In this document: in pieces, positions 1 through 12,302 of the stretch
How the letters are laid out: the number at the start of each line of letters is the position of its first letter
How positions within the stretch are numbered: position 1 is the first letter of the stretch
Assembly: GCA_964616675.1 (NCBI GenBank)
Contig: CAZTRI010000027.1
Span: 1-33,161, forward strand
DNA length: 33,161 nucleotides
From: Candidatus Woesearchaeota archaeon
GTDB lineage: Archaea > Nanobdellota > Nanobdellia > SCGC-AAA011-G17 > GW2011-AR18
Direction of reading: 5' to 3'
Notes under the pieces: generated by a model
Database searches by the model: none
Told to the model about the DNA's origin: nothing
What the model saw: the letters and a program-made list of their open reading frames with translations, nothing else
Position numbers and translations under genes: made by a program

Positions 1-1
1 A

Positions 2-82
2 AAAACATGTAAAGAATGTGGAGAGCCCTGTTCACAGGAAATCTGCCAGCCATGTAAAGTAGTTGCTAAATTATTTAATTAG
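2..82 (+). CDS. 3' end of a CDS entering from upstream; Cys-rich tail (KTCKECGEPCSQEICQPCKVVAKLFN*)
   Basis: Open from the window edge to TAG at 80-82. The CxxC..C..C..CxxC spacing suggests a zinc-binding C-terminus. Product not identifiable. Confidence 0.3.
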   Translation, partial: KTCKECGEPCSQEICQPCKVVAKLFN

Positions 83-142
83 GCCTTTATAAAGAACAAA
101 TCACAATAATATTTAAATATAAGAAAGTCATCTAATCACTCT

Positions 143-538
143 ATGATAGGTACATCAAATCTTGATATTATATTAACATGCAGAGGATGCGGAGCAGCAA
201 CAGCAATGAAGAAGCTTAGATACGATCAGCAAAAGAGATTGATATGTGGAAACTGTCAAGATAGGGGAAAAACACTCCCAGATCCAATAAAACAAATAAG
301 ACAGGATTTAAAGAAACCTAAAGCACAGGATCTAATTACACCTCCAAAGAATAAACTTACAAAAATCCCTTACACATGTAAGAAATGCAATTATAAATTT
401 AATTTTAATCCAGAAAGAGGTTATAATATCAAATGTCCTTTCTGTGGAAGAACTGATTATTTGCAGAAAGACAGTGAATTCTCAACTGAAAAAATAATTA
501 GAGAAGTTTCAGAAAGATGGGGGTTTGAAGAAAGATGA
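143..538 (+). CDS. Double zinc-ribbon protein, function unknown
   Basis: Two CxxC...CxxC pairs: CRGC..CGNC and CKKC..CPFC. Its stop overlaps the next start (ATGA). Confidence 0.6.
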   Translation: MIGTSNLDIILTCRGCGAATAMKKLRYDQQKRLICGNCQDRGKTLPDPIKQIRQDLKKPKAQDLITPPKNKLTKIPYTCKKCNYKFNFNPERGYNIKCPFCGRTDYLQKDSEFSTEKIIREVSERWGFEER

Positions 539-789
539 AAAGATTATATCAAGCGACATTGTTTGGATTGGCTACTTTAGTCTCACCACTAGAATTATTG
601 GCAGATGAATCTAAAGAAGACAAAAAAGGAAGAGTTGAATATGTAAATAAGGATGATAAAGGAAAAATTGAAGATAATAACTATAAGAGAACTATAAAGA
701 ATAATAGATTAGAAAATAAAATTTGTAATAGAATAGTCTTTTATGGACCAATGATAGTAAGGGAAAGGACATATTGCTTACAATGGTAA
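535..789 (+). CDS. Small hypothetical protein with hydrophobic N-terminus (possible signal or anchor)
   Basis: 4-nt ATGA overlap with the upstream CDS. N-terminus LYQATLFGLATLVSPL. No recognisable domain. Confidence 0.4.
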   Translation: MKRLYQATLFGLATLVSPLELLADESKEDKKGRVEYVNKDDKGKIEDNNYKRTIKNNRLENKICNRIVFYGPMIVRERTYCLQW

Positions 790-801
790 TAAAAATTTAA
801 T

Positions 802-1269
802 ATGGATTATCAATTAATAGCGAAATCATATAACGAACTTTATTCTGAAGAACAATTAGAAAAACTAAAAATAATTTCTAAGCATTTAAAAGTAAAAGAA
901 AAAGATAAACTTCTAGATATTGGATGTGGGACAGGAATCTCAACTAATTATTTTAAATGTAATTCAATTGGAATTGATTCATGCAAAGAACTAATAGAAC
1001 AAGGAAAGAATTTAATTTTAGGTGAAGCAGAAATACTTCCATTCAAAGATAAAGAGTTTGATATTATTTTATGTATAACAGCGATTCATAATTTTAATAA
1101 TTACAAAAAAGCAATAAAGGAAATGAAAAGAGTGATAAAAGATAAAGGAAAAATAGCAATTACAATCTTAAAAAAATCAAGTAAATTTAATGAAATAAAA
1201 GAAGAACTAAATAAAAACTTCAAATTTAAAGAATATGACCATAGATTAGATCTAATTTTAATAAAGTAA
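802..1269 (+). CDS. Class I SAM-dependent methyltransferase (short, Methyltransf_11-like)
   Basis: Motif I LLDIGCGTGIS. Post-motif FDIILCITAIHNF and KPGG-like KDKGKIAIT. Confidence 0.8.
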   Translation: MDYQLIAKSYNELYSEEQLEKLKIISKHLKVKEKDKLLDIGCGTGISTNYFKCNSIGIDSCKELIEQGKNLILGEAEILPFKDKEFDIILCITAIHNFNNYKKAIKEMKRVIKDKGKIAITILKKSSKFNEIKEELNKNFKFKEYDHRLDLILIK

Positions 1270-1320
1270 ATTGAATCAAACGAAACGTTTTTAAGCTTTT
1301 AGCCTTCACCAGTAGTAAAA

Positions 1321-2016
1321 GTGAAGAACACCTTAATAAAATTAGAAGAAGTATGGAAAAATTACCAGATTGGTGACGAAACAGTTCATGCCTTAAGTGG
1401 TATTGATCTTTCAATTAATGAGAATGAATTTGTTGTTATTGTAGGGCCATCAGGTTCAGGCAAAAGCACATTGATGAATTTGGTAGGCTGCTTGGATATC
1501 CCAAGTACAGGTTGTGTAAAATTAACAGATAAAGACATAACAAAAATGGATAGTGATGAATTAGCAGTTTCAAGAGGAAAAAAGATTGGATTCGTATTCC
1601 AAAAATTCAATCTAATAAATAATTTAACTGCATTGCAAAACATTATGCTTCCAATGATATTCCAAAACAGTGATCCTGATAAAAGAAAAAAAAGAGCTGA
1701 AGAACTATTAGAATTTGTTGGATTAAATCACAGAATGGAGCATAAACCAACTCAATTATCTGGTGGAGAACAGCAAAGAGTTGCAATTGCAAGAGCATTG
1801 GCAAACAATCCGGATATAATCTTGGCAGATGAACCTACAGGAAACTTAGATTCAACCACAGGAAAAAAGATCATGGCATTATTCCAGGATTTACATAAAA
1901 AAGGAAAAACAATAATTTTCGTAACTCACGATAATGAATTGACAAAATATGCAGAAAAAATAATTACAATCAGAGATGGAAAGGTGATAAATAAAGTAGG
2001 GAAAATAACAAAATGA
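1321..2016 (+). CDS. ABC transporter ATP-binding protein, MacB/LolD-type
   Basis: Walker [10 protein letters not shown], signature LSGGEQQR, Walker [10 protein letters not shown]-loop VTHD. GTG start. Confidence 0.95.
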   Translation: MKNTLIKLEEVWKNYQIGDETVHALSGIDLSINENEFVVIVGPSGSGKSTLMNLVGCLDIPSTGCVKLTDKDITKMDSDELAVSRGKKIGFVFQKFNLINNLTALQNIMLPMIFQNSDPDKRKKRAEELLEFVGLNHRMEHKPTQLSGGEQQRVAIARALANNPDIILADEPTGNLDSTTGKKIMALFQDLHKKGKTIIFVTHDNELTKYAEKIITIRDGKVINKVGKITK

Positions 2017-3179
2017 AAAAAATAACAGTAATATTAATATTTGCGCTTTTGATGGCCACAAATACATTGGCAAAAGATATACAAGTGAATCTTGTTAGTT
2101 CTCAGCCAGCACCAGTAACAGTAGGGAATTATTTCATATTAAATTTTCAAGCAACAAATAATGCAAGAACTAACTTGACAAACATAGATTTTGAACTTAA
2201 GTCAAACAATGACTTTTCAGTTAGTGGGAATACAAAATCAATAGATAGTTTACTTCCAAAAGAATCAGTTAGTCTAATATGGACTGTATTAGCAAAAGAG
2301 GAAGCAAAATCTGGTTTCAGACCAATAAAATTAGATATAGATGGTACAGAAGAGAGTTATTTAATTCAAGTAAAATCAATAGAACCAACAGTTTCAATCA
2401 GAAACATAAAAACAACGCCAGAACAAATATCACCAGGATCAACTGCAGAAATAAGTGTGGATTTAGAAAATAAAGCTTCATTTAATATTAAAAATCTAAA
2501 AGTAAACTTAGATTTATCAGGTAAAGAATTACCATTTGCCCCATCAGATTCAGTTACAGAACAGATAGTAGATGAAGTAAATGCAGATACTAATATTGTA
2601 CTTAATTTTAAAATTATAAGTATTCCAGAAGCACAGCCTGGTATTTACAAAGTTCCATTAACTTTAATTTACTTTGATGAATTTGGGAATAATTACCAGA
2701 CTTCAACATTACTTTCAATAATAGTTGGAAGTGTTCCTAAATTAGAAATTAATACAGAAAAACCTATATTAACTATGGGAGAAAAAAGTACAATTAGCAT
2801 TAAAGTAGTTAATTATGGATTAAGTCAGGTAAAGTTTTTGAATTTCATTTTTAAGCCTTCAATTAATTTAAACGTATTATCTTCCTCAAGCGAATATGTA
2901 GGAGACTTAGATTCTGATGATTTTCAAACTGTTGAAGTAGATTTATATGCAAACAGAAATGGTTTATTACACTTACCTTTAACAATCACTTTCTTAGATG
3001 CAAATAATCAGCAGTACACGCAAGATATGGAATTAGCAATAACTTCCTATACTAAAGAAGAGGCAGAAAAATTAGGATTAACAAAAAAAAGTAATACACT
3101 TACAATTATTATTAGTATCTTGATAATTCTTATTTTATTTGGTTTTTACAGATTAATGAAAAAAATTAGGAAAAAATGA
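2013..3179 (+). CDS. Secreted, C-terminally membrane-anchored protein with about three CARDB/COG1361-like Ig-fold modules
   Basis: Signal peptide [20 protein letters not shown]. Repeated beta-rich modules. C-terminal TM LTIIISILIILILFGFY followed by a basic tail. ATGA overlaps with both ABC genes. Confidence 0.8.
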   Translation: MKKITVILIFALLMATNTLAKDIQVNLVSSQPAPVTVGNYFILNFQATNNARTNLTNIDFELKSNNDFSVSGNTKSIDSLLPKESVSLIWTVLAKEEAKSGFRPIKLDIDGTEESYLIQVKSIEPTVSIRNIKTTPEQISPGSTAEISVDLENKASFNIKNLKVNLDLSGKELPFAPSDSVTEQIVDEVNADTNIVLNFKIISIPEAQPGIYKVPLTLIYFDEFGNNYQTSTLLSIIVGSVPKLEINTEKPILTMGEKSTISIKVVNYGLSQVKFLNFIFKPSINLNVLSSSSEYVGDLDSDDFQTVEVDLYANRNGLLHLPLTITFLDANNQQYTQDMELAITSYTKEEAEKLGLTKKSNTLTIIISILIILILFGFYRLMKKIRKK

Positions 3180-4390
3180 TAAGGGATTATTTCAGATTAG
3201 CATTAACTAATATCTTTAGTAGAAAGATCAGAAGTTGGTTAACAATGATTGGGATATTCATTGGTATTGCTGCTGTTGTTGGACTGATAAGCCTAGGTCA
3301 AGGTTTGCAAAGTGCAGTTAATGAACAATTTTCTATTATAGGTGCAGATAAAATAATTATTCAAGCTAAAAGTGCAGGTTTTGGTCCACCAGGTTCACAT
3401 TCAGCAAAACAAATAAGTATAGAAGACTTGGAAACTATAAAAAAAATCAAAGGAGTAAAAAACGCTGCAGGAAGATTACTAAAAACTGGAAGAATAGAAT
3501 TCAATGATGAAGTGAGAAATCAGTTTATCGCAAGTGAACCTCAAGATGAAGGAGTAGAAATAGTAAATGAATTCAATAATTATAAAGCATTATATGGGAG
3601 ACTTCTAAAGAAATCAGATAAAAACAAAGCAATGGTGGGCAAAAATTTCAATAGGGATATCTTTAGTAAACCTGTTAAAGTAGGGAATAAAATTAATATT
3701 AATGATAAAAAATTTGATGTGGTAGGGATACTAGACACAATTGGGGATCCTGGGAGAGATGGCAGTATTGTAATAAATGAAAAGGACTTTAGGGATTTAT
3801 ATAATTTAGATAAAGAATATAGTGTGTTGGTTGCAAAGGTTGATTCAAAAGACATGGTAAATAAAGTTACTGATGATATTAAAAAAGAATTAAGAAGAAA
3901 AAGAAATCAAAAAGAAGGTAAAGAAGATTTTGAAGTTCAAACACCAGAACAGTTATTATCATCGTTTAATAGTTTACTTAACATTGTACAAGTAGTATTA
4001 ATAGGGATTGCAGCAATCAGCCTACTTGTAGGTGGGATTGGAATTATGAACACAATGTATACTTCTGTATTGGAAAGGACAAAAGAAATTGGAATAATGA
4101 AAGCTATAGGTGCAAAAAATAAAGATATTCTATTATTATTTTTATTGGAAAGTGGATTGCTAGGGGTATGTGGTGGAATAATAGGTGTTCTTATTGGAAT
4201 TGGATTAAGCAAAGGTGTAGAATTAATTACAACTCAAGTGTTTGGGACAAATTTAATTAAAGCTGACGTAAATTTTATGATTATCGGTGGAGCATTAGCG
4301 TTTTCATTTTTTGTAGGGATAATTTCAGGGGTATTTCCAGCAAAGAAAGCAGCTGATTTAACACCAGTTGATGCTTTAAGATACGAATAA
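3176..4390 (+). CDS. ABC transporter permease, MacB/FtsX family
   Basis: N-terminal TM, a large extracytoplasmic domain, then three C-terminal TMs. Carries the ERTKEIGIMKAIGA motif typical of FtsX-type permeases. Confidence 0.9.
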   Translation: MIRDYFRLALTNIFSRKIRSWLTMIGIFIGIAAVVGLISLGQGLQSAVNEQFSIIGADKIIIQAKSAGFGPPGSHSAKQISIEDLETIKKIKGVKNAAGRLLKTGRIEFNDEVRNQFIASEPQDEGVEIVNEFNNYKALYGRLLKKSDKNKAMVGKNFNRDIFSKPVKVGNKININDKKFDVVGILDTIGDPGRDGSIVINEKDFRDLYNLDKEYSVLVAKVDSKDMVNKVTDDIKKELRRKRNQKEGKEDFEVQTPEQLLSSFNSLLNIVQVVLIGIAAISLLVGGIGIMNTMYTSVLERTKEIGIMKAIGAKNKDILLLFLLESGLLGVCGGIIGVLIGIGLSKGVELITTQVFGTNLIKADVNFMIIGGALAFSFFVGIISGVFPAKKAADLTPVDALRYE

Positions 4391-4393
4391 AAA

Positions 4394-5749
4394 TTAAAGA
4401 CCAATAATCTGTTCTCTATCAGGTCCAACGCCAATATATTTTATAAATAAACCAGTACCAGCCTGGATACCTTCACAATATCTTCTTGCATTTTCAGGTA
4501 AATCATGAAAACGTCTAACATTAGAAATATCCCTATTCCATCCTTCATAATCAGTATAGTGTGGAATAGCTTTCTCAAGATCCTCAGGAAATTCTTCACC
4601 TGCATAAAACATACATACAGGAATATCACCAATGCCAGATAAAATATCTAATTTTGTAACAATTAAAGAATCTACACCATTAACTCTGGCAGCATATCTT
4701 AATTGAGCAAGATCTAACCATCCAGTTCTTCTTGGTCTTCCTGTTGTAGTTCCATATTCATTTCCTTTAACACGTAAGTATTTTGCTAAACTTAATTTAT
4801 TTCCCTTTCGCACACCTTCTAAATTTTCATCAGTTAAAACTTCTAAAGGTTCACTATCACCAACTTCTCCTTTTTTTCTATTTAGTCTTGCTTCTAATTC
4901 TTTACTTTCACTTTGAGTAATTAATCCAGTTGGGAAAGGACCGTCTCCGACTCTTGTAGTATATGCTTTCAGTAATCCTAATACTTCTAAATTTCTTATT
5001 CTAACTCCAGTTCCAGTATGCACAGCACCAACAGCACAGTCAGAAGAAGTTACATAAGGATAAGTTCCAAATCTTTTATCAAGCATTGTTCCTTGAGCAC
5101 CTTCAAGTAAAATTCCTTCTCCAATTGTAGCGTTTCTATATAAAACACTACCAACATCACAGATTAAATCACCCAAACCTTCAGCATAAGCAAGATAATC
5201 AGCAACAATTCTATCTAAATCACTTCTATCTAAATTTAATTCATCTGATCTTAAAGGTGTTTCTCTAAAAAATCTATTAAATCCACTTTCTACTTTATCT
5301 TTCAAATCTTTAGTATCTAACAAATCACCAATTCTCAATCCAATTCTGGCAACATCATCTCTATAACATGGACCCATTCCCTTCCCAGTAGTTCCTATAC
5401 CTTTTCCTTTCACTTTATCTTCAGCAATATGCCAAGGCATAACCATAGCAGCTTTAGGGGAAACTATTACCTTAGCGTGTGGAACATCATCAAACTGTGC
5501 AAGTTCACCTAAAAGAGTCTTCGGATTAATAGCCATTCCTGCTCCAAGAACACAAGTTTTTTTAGGATAAAGAATACCAGAAGGAACTAAATGTAGTGCA
5601 TATCTTTTACCATTAACAACTACTGTATGTCCAGAATTATCTCCGCCTTGAAAACGTACAATATAATCAAAATTAGGTGCAAGAAAATCAACTATTTTCC
5701 CTTTACCTCCATCACCCCATTGTAAATCAGTTATAAGTGTATTTCTCAT
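4394..5749 (-). CDS. purA: Adenylosuccinate synthetase
   Basis: QWGDGGKGK P-loop, GGDNSGHT, GTTTGRPRRTGWLD, VGPDRE near the C-terminus. Contains an extra charged insert (see findings). Confidence 0.95.
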   Translation of the reverse strand: MRNTLITDLQWGDGGKGKIVDFLAPNFDYIVRFQGGDNSGHTVVVNGKRYALHLVPSGILYPKKTCVLGAGMAINPKTLLGELAQFDDVPHAKVIVSPKAAMVMPWHIAEDKVKGKGIGTTGKGMGPCYRDDVARIGLRIGDLLDTKDLKDKVESGFNRFFRETPLRSDELNLDRSDLDRIVADYLAYAEGLGDLICDVGSVLYRNATIGEGILLEGAQGTMLDKRFGTYPYVTSSDCAVGAVHTGTGVRIRNLEVLGLLKAYTTRVGDGPFPTGLITQSESKELEARLNRKKGEVGDSEPLEVLTDENLEGVRKGNKLSLAKYLRVKGNEYGTTTGRPRRTGWLDLAQLRYAARVNGVDSLIVTKLDILSGIGDIPVCMFYAGEEFPEDLEKAIPHYTDYEGWNRDISNVRRFHDLPENARRYCEGIQAGTGLFIKYIGVGPDREQIIGL

Positions 5750-5860
5750 TCAAGAATTCAATAAGAAAAGTCTATTTAAATATTATTATACTTCATCAAA
5801 TATTCTTCAATAATAATACAAAGAAAAAGCTTTAAATAAAAGTAAATCTGAGGGAAAGAT

Positions 5861-6253
5861 ATGAGTAGAGAATCATTCATAAAAAATGTTGAAAGTTTAA
5901 CTGGTAGTCGTGATGATATAGAAATTAGGGGAAAAGCAGTAGTAAGTGCTGATGCAGCTTATAGTGGTAAAGCAGAGACATTTGATTATTCTGTATTCAA
6001 ACGATACAAAAGAAAAGGAGATGGTGGACTTTTAATTCAATGGTCAGAACCTGGGAGCAAAGGTCAAAAACCAAAACTACCAGGATTAAAACCAGAAATA
6101 GCACAAAAATTAGCTGGAGAAATTGGAAATCCTACTACATATTTGACATCAGGACAAGCAAATTGTGAAGATCGTGATGGAATGAGAGATGTTGAAACGC
6201 TCTTAAAGTGTATAAGTATATTAAAAAGAAATGGGATAAACCTAGAGTTATAG
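5861..6253 (+). CDS. Hypothetical protein
   Basis: Clean 130-aa ORF in an otherwise empty gap. No motif recognised. Confidence 0.5.
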   Translation: MSRESFIKNVESLTGSRDDIEIRGKAVVSADAAYSGKAETFDYSVFKRYKRKGDGGLLIQWSEPGSKGQKPKLPGLKPEIAQKLAGEIGNPTTYLTSGQANCEDRDGMRDVETLLKCISILKRNGINLEL

Positions 6254-6315
6254 TTCTCTTTAAATGTTGATGTAAAAAATAATACTTATATAGTTTGTTA
6301 TATCAACTTTAATAC

Positions 6316-6912
6316 GTGAGAGAATTTATATTACTAGCATTGAAGGCAAGAACAACACCAGACTTTGAATTAAATGAATTAGCTGAAGCTGGAAGAATGA
6401 ACACAGTATGTAGAACAATTCTCAATACATTATGTTTATCAAATGATCTTAGGAGAGACACAATAATTCATGTTGCATTGTCAGGTCCAAGATCACCACC
6501 TAAAATTATAACCTTTGAAGGAAAAACATTGAAAGGGATTCAAATAGATGATGATCAGGATATTGGAAGAACAATAAAATCAGCATTAAAAAAAGGATTA
6601 AATCTAAAATTAAATGAAGAAGTAGAAGTTTCACCAGGAGTAAAAGTATCTAAAAAAGCATTTGAAACTTTAGTTAAGGAAAAATCAAAAACACATCAAT
6701 TAATTTATTTACATCAAAAAGGTGAAGATATAAGAGATTTTAAGTTCAAAGAGAATGTTTTATTTGCATTAGGTGACTTTATAGGTCTTCCAAGAAAAAC
6801 AGAAAAATTCCTAGATAATCTTAGTGCAGATAGAATAAAACTTGGACCAAAAATATTATTTGCTTCTCATTGTCCAATAATTGTACATAATGAGTTAGAT
6901 AGAAAAGAATAA
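6316..6912 (+). CDS. trmY: tRNA (pseudouridine54-N1)-methyltransferase, TrmY/COG1901 family (SPOUT)
   Basis: End-to-end resemblance to archaeal TrmY as I recall it. Shared elements are the MREFI N-terminus, DLRRDT, YLHQKGEDI, GDFIGL and ASHCPIIVHNELD. GTG start gives the family-typical N-terminus. Confidence 0.8.
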   Translation: MREFILLALKARTTPDFELNELAEAGRMNTVCRTILNTLCLSNDLRRDTIIHVALSGPRSPPKIITFEGKTLKGIQIDDDQDIGRTIKSALKKGLNLKLNEEVEVSPGVKVSKKAFETLVKEKSKTHQLIYLHQKGEDIRDFKFKENVLFALGDFIGLPRKTEKFLDNLSADRIKLGPKILFASHCPIIVHNELDRKE

Positions 6913-6921
6913 TTTCAAAAC

Positions 6922-9330
6922 TCATTCATCATTTGTTTCTTCAACAATCTTAGCAACAGAAACAACTTCATCGCCTTCATCCAACTTCATAATTCTTAAA
7001 CCTTGAGTGTTTCTTCCTATAACAGAAATCTGATTAACATTAGTTCTTATAATAACTCCGGATTTAGTAATAAACATAATTCCATCATCTTCACCTACAA
7101 TTTTAACACCAACAACCTTTCCATTCTTATCTGTAATCTTAAGATTAGTAACCCCTGAACCACCTCTATTAATAAGTCTATAATCTTCAACTAAACTTCT
7201 TTTCCCATAACCTTTTTCAGTTACAGTTAAGAGATACTTATTATCAACAACTTCCATTCCTATTACAGCAGATCCTTTTGTATTAATTCCTCTAACCCCT
7301 ATACTTCCTCTACCAACAGATCTGACATCAACCTCATTAAATCTCACAGCTCTTCCGTCTTTAGTAGCTATCATAATTTCTTTTTTTCCATCAGTCAATC
7401 TGACATTAATTAATTCATCTCCATCACGCAGATCAATTCCAATTATTCCACCTTTTCTAGGTCTTGAATATTCTAGAATATCTGTTTTCTTTATAACGCC
7501 TTTTTTAGTTGCTATCACTAAATATTTTCCTTCTTCAAATTTATTTACAGGAACAATAGCTGCAATCTTATCATCTTTACTTAAATTAAGTAAATTAACA
7601 ATTGCTGATCCTTTAGCATATCTTGATCCTTCAGGGACCTGGTAAGCTTTTAACCAATGTACAATTCCATTCTCAGTAAAGCAAAGCAAATAAGCATGTG
7701 TATTACAAACAAACAAATCTTGAACAAAATCTTCATCTCTTGTTCCAGTTGCCACTAATCCTTTTCCACCCCTTCTTTGTTCTCTATAAGATTCTAGTGG
7801 CACTCTCTTTACATAACCTTTGTTAGTTATAGTAACAACAACTTCTTGCTCATCAATTAGATCTTCAACATCAATATCATCAACATCAGCACCAGTTATC
7901 TGTGTTCTTCTCCCATCACCATAAGTATTTTTTAAATCTATTAATTCATCTTTAATAATGGAATTGATTTTAAGAGGAGAAGCCAATATCTCTTGCAACT
8001 GCTTAATGAATTTCAATAAATTATCATATTCATCATTTAATTTATTAGTTTCTAATGAAGTTAATTTCTGCAGTCTCATATCTAATATTGCATTAGCTTG
8101 TTCTTCACTTAACTTATAAGTAATAATTAATCCTTGTCTTGCATCATCAACAGTCTTGCTTGCTTTTATTAATTTTATAACAGCATCAATATTTGAAAGT
8201 GCAATTTTTAGTCCTTCAAGTATATGTGCCCTTTTCTCAGCTTTATCTAAATCAAATTTACATTTTCTTGTTACAACTTCAAATCTATGTTTTAAATATT
8301 CATCCAAACAGTCTCTTAAGGATAATAGTTTAGGTTCGCCATTAACAAGTGCAATAGTATTTACACCAAAAGTAGTTTGCAATGATGTATGCTTGAATAG
8401 TTGATTCAATACAACCTCAGTATTAGCATCTCTTTTTAATTCAAATACAATCCTCATTCCTTTTCTATCACTTTCATCTCTAATATCAGAAATACCTTCA
8501 ATAGTTTTTTCTTGTACTAATCTAGCTATATCTTCAAGTAAAATAGATTTATTGACTTGATAAGGAATCTCAGTAACTATAATTTTTCTATCTTCTAGTT
8601 CGGTTTTTGATCTTACAACAACTTTTCCTTTTCCTGTTTTGTAAGCTAGTTTAATTCCAGTAGTCCCACATATGATTCCCCCAGTAGGAAAATCAGGTCC
8701 TTTAACATAACTAATTAGCTCTTCAAATTTAATTTCAGGATTTTCAATTAAAGCGATTGAAGCATCACATATCTCAAGAATATTATGTGGAGGGATATTA
8801 GTTGCCATACCAACTGCAATACCGGAACTTCCGTTAACTAACAAGTTAGGTAATTTAGCTGGAAGAACTACAGGTTCTTCAGTGACACCATCAAAATTAG
8901 GAACAAAATCGACAGTATTTTTATCAATATCTAATAACATTTCTGCAGCGATTTTATTCAGTTTACATTCTGTATACCTATAATGAGCAGCAGGATCACC
9001 GTCTTGAGAACCAAAATTTCCCTGACCAAAAACTAAAGGATATCTCAATGCCCATGTCTGTGCTAATCTAACTAGAGCATCATAAACAGAAGTATCACCA
9101 TGCGGATGAAAATATTTTAAAACAGACCCTACAACACCCGCACATTTACTGAATTTTTTATCATGATGCATTCCTTCTTTGTGCATAGCATATAAAATTC
9201 TTCTATGGACGGGTTTTAGTCCATCTTTAACATCAGGCAATGCTCTTCCAACTATAACACTCATAGAATAATCTAAGTAAGAACTCTTCATTTCTTGTTC
9301 AATCAATGTTGGAATAATATTTTGTGGCAT
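6922..9330 (-). CDS. gyrA: DNA gyrase subunit A
   Basis: Active-site region AAHYRYTE, GyrA box QRRGGKG, C-terminal beta-pinwheel repeats. Length 802 aa, with no room for an intein. Confidence 0.97.
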   Translation of the reverse strand: MPQNIIPTLIEQEMKSSYLDYSMSVIVGRALPDVKDGLKPVHRRILYAMHKEGMHHDKKFSKCAGVVGSVLKYFHPHGDTSVYDALVRLAQTWALRYPLVFGQGNFGSQDGDPAAHYRYTECKLNKIAAEMLLDIDKNTVDFVPNFDGVTEEPVVLPAKLPNLLVNGSSGIAVGMATNIPPHNILEICDASIALIENPEIKFEELISYVKGPDFPTGGIICGTTGIKLAYKTGKGKVVVRSKTELEDRKIIVTEIPYQVNKSILLEDIARLVQEKTIEGISDIRDESDRKGMRIVFELKRDANTEVVLNQLFKHTSLQTTFGVNTIALVNGEPKLLSLRDCLDEYLKHRFEVVTRKCKFDLDKAEKRAHILEGLKIALSNIDAVIKLIKASKTVDDARQGLIITYKLSEEQANAILDMRLQKLTSLETNKLNDEYDNLLKFIKQLQEILASPLKINSIIKDELIDLKNTYGDGRRTQITGADVDDIDVEDLIDEQEVVVTITNKGYVKRVPLESYREQRRGGKGLVATGTRDEDFVQDLFVCNTHAYLLCFTENGIVHWLKAYQVPEGSRYAKGSAIVNLLNLSKDDKIAAIVPVNKFEEGKYLVIATKKGVIKKTDILEYSRPRKGGIIGIDLRDGDELINVRLTDGKKEIMIATKDGRAVRFNEVDVRSVGRGSIGVRGINTKGSAVIGMEVVDNKYLLTVTEKGYGKRSLVEDYRLINRGGSGVTNLKITDKNGKVVGVKIVGEDDGIMFITKSGVIIRTNVNQISVIGRNTQGLRIMKLDEGDEVVSVAKIVEETNDE

Positions 9331-9332
9331 TT

Positions 9333-11646
<2,314 letters not shown>

Positions 11647-11785
11647 TTAATTTTAGTAGATTATAAGATATAAACTAATTTTTCATTTTTTTCACTAAAA
11701 TAAGGGTTAAACACCTCCAATTCATTACTTTTTTCTATATATAAGAAGGTAAGACATATTTATATAGATTTCTACCCAGAAAACC

Positions 11786-11818
11786 CATGAATTTCGAAGA
11801 ATTAAGGCTTAATTCATG
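11786..11818. promoter_or_regulatory. Nested palindromic element in the gyrB / PIN divergent intergenic region
   Basis: CATGAATT (11786-11793) and AATTCATG (11811-11818) are inverted repeats. They flank the 17-bp palindrome GAATTAAG-G-CTTAATTC (11799-11815). Confidence 0.3.
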
Positions 11819-11888
11819 AAAATACTAAACTCCACTTGAAATTTGTAAAATCAAATAATTTATTAAGAATGAGATCATATAAAAAACA

Positions 11889-12263
11889 ATGAAAAGGGTC
11901 ATTTTAGACACAAATTTTATTATTTACTGTATTGAGAATAAAGTTCACATAGAACCTGAATTAGATAGAATTTTAGACTTTCCTTACGAAATAGCAATAA
12001 TTGACAAGATTCAAGGAGAACTCAGGAAGTTAGCAGAGGATAACAAAACCAGAACTAGTGCCCAAATAGCCTTAAAATTAGTCCAGAAATGGAAGATCGT
12101 AGAAACCAACGAAGATGGTCTGGTAGATATTTTAATCATTAAAAGCCTTAAAAAAGGTGATTTAGTAGCCACAATGGATAAGGAACTGCAAAAACACTTA
12201 AAATGCCCTTATGTGATAGTAAGACAAAGGAAATACTTAGAACTCAAAAACAGCACAATTTAA
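11889..12263 (+). CDS. PIN-domain protein, Fcf1/Utp24-like (COG1412-type)
   Basis: VILDTNFIIY N-terminal acidic motif and ATMDKELQ. It sits upstream of rpoE'/spt4/S24e/S27ae, as in the conserved archaeal cluster. Confidence 0.75.
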   Translation: MKRVILDTNFIIYCIENKVHIEPELDRILDFPYEIAIIDKIQGELRKLAEDNKTRTSAQIALKLVQKWKIVETNEDGLVDILIIKSLKKGDLVATMDKELQKHLKCPYVIVRQRKYLELKNSTI

Positions 12264-12302
12264 ATATTTTCTGCGCTTATGAATTAATAGTGGAGTGGTA
12301 AA

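Noticed and set aside
1226-4632. Track ORFs 1226-1414, 1386-1643, 1891-2073, 2279-2473, 3580-3855, 3937-4212, 4234-4434 and 4441-4632
   Set aside because: All lie antisense to or out of frame within the well-supported ABC operon and purA. Their translations are low-complexity and hydrophobic, typical of shadow ORFs in A/T-rich DNA.
11787-11819. Mini-ORF ATG AAT TTC GAA GAA TTA AGG CTT AAT TCA TGA (MNFEELRLNS)
   Set aside because: It coincides exactly with the palindrome, so the start and stop are a by-product of the dyad symmetry. There is no evidence it is translated.
11889-12263. PIN-domain gene as a VapC toxin of a toxin-antitoxin pair
   Set aside because: There is no small antitoxin ORF upstream; the 257-nt gap has only a 10-codon palindromic mini-ORF. 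The gene occupies the conserved Fcf1-like position next to rpoE'/spt4, so a housekeeping rRNA-processing nuclease is more likely.
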